Below the pieces are notes generated by a model. The model was not told the origin of the DNA. It searched no databases and was given only the letters and a program-made list of their open reading frames with translations. Below, in pieces: positions 58,494 to 64,000 of a stretch of 64,000 nt of DNA (its first letter is position 1; each line of letters starts with the position of its first letter). The position numbers and the translations under genes are program-made. Source of the DNA: Alphaproteobacteria bacterium (GTDB lineage Bacteria > Pseudomonadota > Alphaproteobacteria > SP197). The stretch lies in contig OZ245842.1 in NCBI GenBank assembly GCA_965228895.1, forward strand, positions 2,240,001 to 2,304,000, read 5' to 3'.

Positions 58494-59180
58494 ATGCTAG
58501 TCAACTTCTTCCCACTGACTGTCTACAAAGAAAAAGTCGGCCTGGACGACAAGACGCGCAAGCTCTTTGCGTCAATTATTGCCGACCAGCAGAAGGCGAC
58601 AGGCAAGGATGAGGACAACCCCAATGAAACGTGGGTTGGCGGACTGCATGGCGAGCTATCGCTCCATCTCGCCGACGAGTTTCAGCCGCTCACCCGAGAG
58701 TACTCCAAGCACCTTAAGGCCTACCTGTCGCATCTCGGCTTTGTCGACAATGACCTCGATGTCTTTATCACCCGCAGTTGGGGCACCTATGGCCTAGCCA
58801 ATGAAGCAATCTCCCAGCATAGGCATACAAGCTCAGCTCTCTCGATCGCCTATTATGTTTCGTTGCCGGAAGGCAGTGCCAACATTACTTTCAGTACTGA
58901 TTATCACCAAAACGAACCTATCCCGGGTTTGTTCCGCGAGGGACTGGTCAATCGGAAGATCGACCCCAGGAATCCGCTGTCGGCGATTAATGCGATGATC
59001 GAGGTGGAGGAAGACGACATGGTGATCTTTCCGTCGCATATGATGCACGGCGTCCGCCCGGGCCAGCAGAATGCGCCGCGCATCTCGATAGCATGCGACA
59101 CGGTTTTCCTGACCAAGACTGTCACGAATTCCGAGAAGATTCTGCCGCCGGTAACGAACTGGAAGAACGTTAGCTGGTGA
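58494..59180 (+). CDS. 2OG-Fe(II) oxygenase-like protein (TIGR02466-type)
   Basis: 'RSWG', HxH 'HRHTSSALSIAYYV', 'IFPSHMMHGV', 'RISIA'. Confidence 0.8.
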   Translation: MLVNFFPLTVYKEKVGLDDKTRKLFASIIADQQKATGKDEDNPNETWVGGLHGELSLHLADEFQPLTREYSKHLKAYLSHLGFVDNDLDVFITRSWGTYGLANEAISQHRHTSSALSIAYYVSLPEGSANITFSTDYHQNEPIPGLFREGLVNRKIDPRNPLSAINAMIEVEEDDMVIFPSHMMHGVRPGQQNAPRISIACDTVFLTKTVTNSEKILPPVTNWKNVSW

Positions 59181-59238
59181 CGCCTGCCGCATGCAGCGAG
59201 TACAAAGCCCTCGCCCGCAAACGGGCCGGCGGCATGCT

Positions 59239-60282
59239 CTAGAATTTCAGGACGATGACCACGAGAACCGCGAACATGAGCGGAAACCCGACCCGACAAA
59301 TCTGGTCAATCCGGCCGGCCAGCGCCACACGTTCCTTCGCGACCAGGTAGGTTGTCGTCAGTGACTGGATCAGAGCCAGAAACACGACGATCGTACAGAC
59401 GTTGATCAACCGATCCAGAATGGTGAAATAGCCGAGCTTCGGCACGACGTTCGACGTGGCGAAGATGAAGGCGATCAATGTCAGCATGGCCGTTGCCGAC
59501 AAGCCGATTTGCGTGCCGAAGTGCGCGGGATTGATCCAGAAGACAGACCATGACATCGCGACGATCAGCGCCAAAGGAAGCAGTACTTTCCAGACGTAGT
59601 AGTCCGAGATGCGCTGGGTCGAGATCGTCAGGTCGTAGCGCGCGTGGTAGCGGTCATAGGCGTCAACAAACTGGCTGTTGACGCTCCCTGTGGCGCTGTT
59701 GACCGTCCAGTCGGAAATGTTCAGGCGATCGGCCACGCCGGACAACCGTTCATCGACCAACAACATGACCTCATCCTCTGAAGCCTCAATGGGCAGCAGC
59801 GAAACGACAATCTCTTGCCGGTCGAACGGGAACTCCCGCAGGCTGTGGTAGCTCGCCATGGTGCCGAAGTACCGTTGAACGTACCTCACCTGCCCATCGG
59901 GCCCGACACTCACTTCCATCGGTCGGCTGGTGAACAGACGTCCCGAATTGCTGAACACCAGGCCCGGGGTCCACACGTCGTCAAGCGGGATCTCACATCC
60001 TTCAAGATCCGCGAGCCGCGGATCGATCCATGACACCACGACAACATAGTCGCCGGTTAGAGTCTGCGCGACATCGTTGATTTCGTGGAGGTCGGCCAGG
60101 CGAATGCCGACCGTGACCGACTCGGGCGCCCCGCCGTCGTTGGGGCGGACATGGGTGGCGAGGTGCGGTGTGGCGCAGGTTTCGTCAACTGTCGCCGCAT
60201 CCGATTGACCGTAGGACGGTTCCATCGAAAGAACGGCGCACAGTGCCACGACGAGAAGCGCAAGCGCCATTTCGACCCTCAT
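59239..60282 (-). CDS. Prokaryotic pentameric ligand-gated ion channel (GLIC/ELIC family)
   Basis: Signal peptide; extracellular-domain motifs 'WIDPRL', 'VWTPGLVFSN', Pro-loop 'LREFPFDRQ'; pre-M1 'RISDYYVWKVLLP'; four TM helices with M2-M3 loop 'PKLGYFTILD'. Confidence 0.92.
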   Translation of the reverse strand: MRVEMALALLVVALCAVLSMEPSYGQSDAATVDETCATPHLATHVRPNDGGAPESVTVGIRLADLHEINDVAQTLTGDYVVVVSWIDPRLADLEGCEIPLDDVWTPGLVFSNSGRLFTSRPMEVSVGPDGQVRYVQRYFGTMASYHSLREFPFDRQEIVVSLLPIEASEDEVMLLVDERLSGVADRLNISDWTVNSATGSVNSQFVDAYDRYHARYDLTISTQRISDYYVWKVLLPLALIVAMSWSVFWINPAHFGTQIGLSATAMLTLIAFIFATSNVVPKLGYFTILDRLINVCTIVVFLALIQSLTTTYLVAKERVALAGRIDQICRVGFPLMFAVLVVIVLKF

Positions 60283-60504
60283 GGGACAAGTCCCGGATCG
60301 TACACAAGAGGCGCGGCTGGCGTTTTGTGAAACGCGGTCGCGTTAGATGGATGCACGGCTGACGACACGCCCTGAATGTTCCCCGTAGAAAGGGTCCCAC
60401 GAAATCGCGATTCGGCCAAGCGCTTAGCCGCTGCGCGCATTACGGGTGGCAAGTTTCGACTTTTCGCGGTCGATGTGCGCTGCTAGGTATCCGTTGCAGG
60501 CGCA

Positions 60505-60594
60505 GGACGGGTGGCCGAGTGGTTGAAGGCAGCGGTCTTGAAAACCGCCAGGCGTGCAAGCGTCTCGTGGGTTCGAATCCCACCCCGTCCGCCA
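60505..60594 (+). tRNA. tRNA-Ser (anticodon TGA)
   Basis: Acceptor stem GGACGGG/CCCGTCC plus GCCA, D-loop AGTGGTTGAA, anticodon arm GCGGT-CTTGAAA-ACCGC, long variable arm, T-loop GTTCGAATC; 90 nt. Confidence 0.98.
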
Positions 60595-60632
60595 TGCTGC
60601 AGCTTCTGCGTGCGAAGCGGGGGGTGTACATT

Positions 60633-61484
60633 TTGGTCGAGTTAGACTGGGGTGCCCGATGCGCCCCGACAACTGATGCCGTTGACGCCTATCTGAGCGG
60701 GCAGAACAGGCGCCATAGAGAGCGGTTGGTGCATGCCACGATCGATGGCCGTGCGGTCTGGATCAAGCGCTACGATGTGGAACGCCGAGCCGTTGGCCGG
60801 CTGCTGCATGCCGCGATCAGCCCTTTGATGCCATCGCCGGTCTTTAAGGCATCGCGATTTGCCAAGCCGTCGGAACTTGCCAAACGCGAGGAACGGAAGA
60901 TCGCGGCGTTTGCCGCCGCCGGCTTCTATGTCCCGCACGTGCTGTTGCGCAAGGACGCAACACTTGTCTTGTCCCACGAGGGGCCATCGCTACAGGTCCA
61001 ACTGGCGGAGCTTCGCAGGGACGATACCGACGCAGCCGCTGCGATCCACGATGATCTGCTCTGTCGGACCCCACAGATCTTAGGCGACGTTCATACCGCA
61101 GGTCTGTGTCATGGGCGCCCACATACGCGCGACATGTCAATGCAGAACGACCGCTGGTGCTTCTTCGACTTTGAAGAAGAGCCAGAGGCGGTTATGCCGT
61201 TGTCCATGGCACAGGCACGCGACGTGTGGCTGATGTTTTTTCCGATCACCCATGCAGCTCTGGCGCCGGACACGCCTGCGCGCGCATTTGACGCTTATCG
61301 AACGGCCGCCCCGCCTGAAGTCCTGGATAACCTGAGGACCCTCGTCGGTTCGTTCGTGGGGGTGCTGCCCATTCTACGAGCCATCCTGCGCGTGCGTCCC
61401 GGTGGCGATCTCGGCCGCCTCAGAAAGGTGACGGAATTGATGATGCGCGAGCTGGGTTTGCGCGACGACGTGACGAACCGTTGA
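60633..61484 (+). CDS. Protein-kinase-like fold protein (InaA/Kdo-kinase/RIO-like)
   Basis: 'VWIKR' (Lys), 'KREERKI' (helix-C Glu), 'VPHVL', 'CHGRPHTRDM', 'FFDFEE', 'AQARD'. Start uncertain (60594, 60624 or 60633). Confidence 0.7.
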   Translation: MVELDWGARCAPTTDAVDAYLSGQNRRHRERLVHATIDGRAVWIKRYDVERRAVGRLLHAAISPLMPSPVFKASRFAKPSELAKREERKIAAFAAAGFYVPHVLLRKDATLVLSHEGPSLQVQLAELRRDDTDAAAAIHDDLLCRTPQILGDVHTAGLCHGRPHTRDMSMQNDRWCFFDFEEEPEAVMPLSMAQARDVWLMFFPITHAALAPDTPARAFDAYRTAAPPEVLDNLRTLVGSFVGVLPILRAILRVRPGGDLGRLRKVTELMMRELGLRDDVTNR

Positions 61485-61488
61485 CGTC

Positions 61489-62313
61489 GTGAACGAGGAC
61501 GTGTCCAAGGCTCGGGTCAGGGCCTTCTATGATGGCGATCCCCAGCGGGAGTGGAACAGGCTATCGGAGTCCTGGCTGGAGTATCAGGTCACGCGAGAGA
61601 TGATCGATCGGGTGTTGTCTGAGCCGTCGCGAGTCCTCGACATCGGCGGCGGTCCCGGTGTGTATGCTCTTGATCTCGCGGCAAGCGGTCATTGCGTTGA
61701 TTTGGTCGACCTGTCCGACGCCAACATTGCGTTCGCGCAAGCCAGAGCGGAAGAGCGGGATGTGGCGCTTCATCGTGCCGAGGTGGGTGATGCGACCTGT
61801 CTCGCGGACTATGAGACCGGAACCTACGACCTCGTGCTCTGCCTGGGACCGCTCTACCATTTGCCTGAGAGCGATGATCGGGAGCGTGCTGTTCGCGAGG
61901 CCGTCCGCGTGCTCAAGCCGGGTGGTGTTGGGTTCTTCGCCTACCTGTCGCGTTACGCGCCCATTTACTACCAGCTCAAGACGGAGCGCGAGACGATCGC
62001 GAGCATGCAGGCGACCATCCATTCGGTTCTCGAGACCGGCGTTCATCGCGTCAGTTCGGATGACGGTGCATTCTTCACTGACGCCTACTTCACTGACCCC
62101 CGAACGATCGCGTCGGACATGAATGATGTTGGTCTGGAAGAACTCAGTGTATTCGGCGCCGAAGGTGGTATGGCGCAGAGCGAAACGGCGCTTCTTGCCC
62201 TGGACGATGACGCTAAGGCTGCCTGGCAGCGTATCGCATCGTACTTGGCAACGAGCCCGGCCGGTCTCTATGGGTCCGAGCACCTGGTCTACGTCGGACG
62301 CAAGACGCGGTAG
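61489..62313 (+). CDS. Class I SAM-dependent methyltransferase
   Basis: 'VLDIGGGPG', 'VDLS', 'GDA', 'YDLVLCLGPLYHL', 'RVLKPGG'. Confidence 0.92.
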   Translation: MNEDVSKARVRAFYDGDPQREWNRLSESWLEYQVTREMIDRVLSEPSRVLDIGGGPGVYALDLAASGHCVDLVDLSDANIAFAQARAEERDVALHRAEVGDATCLADYETGTYDLVLCLGPLYHLPESDDRERAVREAVRVLKPGGVGFFAYLSRYAPIYYQLKTERETIASMQATIHSVLETGVHRVSSDDGAFFTDAYFTDPRTIASDMNDVGLEELSVFGAEGGMAQSETALLALDDDAKAAWQRIASYLATSPAGLYGSEHLVYVGRKTR

Positions 62314-63047
62314 CGATAGCCGTAGACAGTGTTAAATCCGAACGAAGCATAGAGCGCGTGGGCCGGAGCGTTGGCCTCGACAACCTGAAGCGCGCCCTGT
62401 GTGGCGCCCTCGTCTCTGCCCCAGGCCATCAGGCTTTCCATGATCTTGCGCCCATGACCGCGCCGTCTGTGGTCACGACGCGTGAGCATGTCGTAGAAAC
62501 TGACATAACCGCGCTCAGCGACGGCCATGCCGAAGGCGACGGCCTCGCCATGTTGCTCGACACGGGCGAGCTTGGCGTTTGGCACAATGGCGGCCAGCAT
62601 CGCGCGCAGGGTTGTTTGCTGTGCTGCGTTCAAGTCGTCGGCCTGCGCGAACGCTCGAAGCCACGTGGCGTCGTCGAGGTCGCTCAGCGTGACATCCGGT
62701 GCGTACGACCAGTCGGATTGCATGTCGGCCACCTGCACCAGACTGGATTCGACGAGGTCGTAGCCGCGCGCTGCGAGTGCATCCTCCAACGCTTCGGGCG
62801 ACAATGGCGTCAGGCGGAAAGTCACCGCCAGGCCGGCGCGGGCATAACACGTCTCGGCCCAGGCAATTATGTCGTCCAGTGGCAGGCTACCCGGCAAAAG
62901 CGCATGGACGGAGTTGGCGCGTTTGGTGTGCCCGCGCGCCTGGCGCAGAACCCAGCCGTCGCGTTCGGTCTGGCGTAGTGCCGGCCAGGCGTTGCGCGAG
63001 ATTTCTTCGAGCTTGGTAACCAACTCCGGTGCAGCCACTCTCTCCAT
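62289..63047 (-). CDS. GNAT family N-acetyltransferase
   Basis: 'LEEISRNAWPA', 'GHTKRANS', acetyl-CoA motif 'HRRRGHG', 'LQVVEANAPA..LY'. ATG at 63047. Confidence 0.88.
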   Translation of the reverse strand: MERVAAPELVTKLEEISRNAWPALRQTERDGWVLRQARGHTKRANSVHALLPGSLPLDDIIAWAETCYARAGLAVTFRLTPLSPEALEDALAARGYDLVESSLVQVADMQSDWSYAPDVTLSDLDDATWLRAFAQADDLNAAQQTTLRAMLAAIVPNAKLARVEQHGEAVAFGMAVAERGYVSFYDMLTRRDHRRRGHGRKIMESLMAWGRDEGATQGALQVVEANAPAHALYASFGFNTVYGYRYRVLRPT

Positions 63048-63186
63048 GATATCTCTCAGCAACGAAAGGCCGTGAGACATGCCCCAGACCGGCACGCCAA
63101 TCAAGAAAAGCCGTATGGCCTCATCTGGATTGACGGGAGAACCCCTTGCCCTGAAGCTAGCTCTTCCTGAAGCGAGAGAGTGCACC

Positions 63187-63789
63187 ATGACGACAATGAC
63201 AGTCCCCGCGGCCGAGGGCCGCGCGGTTGACGTGACCGCCGGCCAGACTATTCGCGTGACGACGCCCCACGGTCACCAGGCAGCGGATTTCTTTGCCTAT
63301 AGTGCCGAAGATTTGTCGGAATGGCTGTCGCCCATGCACACGTGGGTCACGACGCGCAGCGTGAAACCACGTCCAGGCGACCAGTTTCTATCGCGTTTTC
63401 GCCGGCCCATGCTGACGCTGACCGGCGATACGGCGGAAGGCTGCCACGACATGCTGATCGCTGCCTGCGACCAAAAACGCTACGAGCATTTCGGCTTTGA
63501 GGGTCATCACCGCAGTTGCTCGGAGAACCTGGCGATCGCCATGAACGAGCGCGGCCATGCGGTGGCCGTGACGCCGCAACCCGTCAATTTCTTCACCAAC
63601 ACGCTGGTCGATCCCGATGGCGCCCTGCTCTCGCCGCCGAACCCGGTCGCGCCCGGCGCCTATGTTGAGATGGAAGCACTGATGGATCTGATCTGCATCG
63701 TCTCGTCCTGCCCGTTCGACCTGAAGATCGAAGGCTGGACGATCAATGCGGCGGGCGGGCCGAGTGAACTGGAGATCGCGATCCGCTGA
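63187..63789 (+). CDS. DUF1989 / urea-carboxylase-associated family protein (second copy)
   Basis: 'GHQAADFFA', 'HDMLIAACD', 'HRSCSEN', 'PQPVNFFTN', 'MDLICIVSSCP'. Confidence 0.87.
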   Translation: MTTMTVPAAEGRAVDVTAGQTIRVTTPHGHQAADFFAYSAEDLSEWLSPMHTWVTTRSVKPRPGDQFLSRFRRPMLTLTGDTAEGCHDMLIAACDQKRYEHFGFEGHHRSCSENLAIAMNERGHAVAVTPQPVNFFTNTLVDPDGALLSPPNPVAPGAYVEMEALMDLICIVSSCPFDLKIEGWTINAAGGPSELEIAIR

Positions 63790-64000
63790 TCAGCCGCCCT
63801 TGATAGGCGGAAAGACGGTGAGTTCGTCGCCGTCGGTCAGAACCGCCTCGTCCTGTACTGAGGGACGTACGACCGCGTCGTTGACCAGCGTCATGTACAT
63901 CTCTGCGGCCGCCACATCGAGATGATCCAGCGCATCGGCGACCGTTGCGCCGTCCGGTAACTCGATCTCGCCTTCACCGTTGTCATCGATGTTCGGAATG
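63790..64000 (-). CDS. MoaD/ThiS-family sulfur carrier (5'-partial, runs off the window)
   Basis: The reverse strand reads ...ELPDGATVADALDHLDV...LVND...LTDGDELTVFPPIKGG-stop, a ubiquitin-like sequence with C-terminal GG. Not in the ORF track. Confidence 0.85.
   Translation of the reverse strand, partial: IPNIDDNGEGEIELPDGATVADALDHLDVAAAEMYMTLVNDAVVRPSVQDEAVLTDGDELTVFPPIKGG

Noticed and set aside
60424-60672. ORFs overlapping the tRNA (60424-60672 minus, 60440-60631 minus, and the 60519 start of the kinase-like ORF)
   Set aside because: They are translations of the tRNA-Ser sequence.
60505-64000. tRNA-anchored prophage or integrative element
   Set aside because: No integrase, phage gene or duplicated tRNA 3' end is visible within the window.

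Overview
High-GC alphaproteobacterial chromosome segment (Rhodospirillales-like gene order; the taxon is an inference). Positions 1-36.7 kb are mostly conserved core: secG-pyrG-kdsA-eno-ftsB-pdhABC-lpdA-lipA-ratA; cinA-pgpA-ispDF; dusB(nifR3)-ntrBC-ntrYX-trkA-dat-hfq-hflX; mazG; and, on the minus strand, mltB-rlpA-dacA-tmk-holB-metG-tatD-MBL hydrolase. A XerCD dif site lies at 28576-28603. Gene orientation and KOPS polarity both flip there, so the window probably spans the replication terminus. Positions 36.7-64 kb are accessory-looking. Highlights: (i) a c-di-GMP-I (GEMM-I) riboswitch whose P1 stem covers the ribosome-binding site of an unannotated 50-codon uORF, which in turn overlaps the start of a type-Ib-like ParA + ribbon-helix-helix operon; (ii) a hydantoin racemase / D-carbamoylase / hydantoinase (frameshifted) cluster with an embedded fold-III PLP decarboxylase that may act on D-amino acids; (iii) a TetR-adjacent operon of two acyl-CoA dehydrogenases, an FrhB-family Fe-S flavoprotein, an ADP-forming acyl-CoA ligase and an SDR; (iv) a prokaryotic pentameric ligand-gated ion channel lacking the usual acidic selectivity ring; (v) tRNA-Ser(TGA). 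No CRISPR array, rRNA, integrase or transposase was seen. All calls are by-eye motif recognition; no database searches were run.
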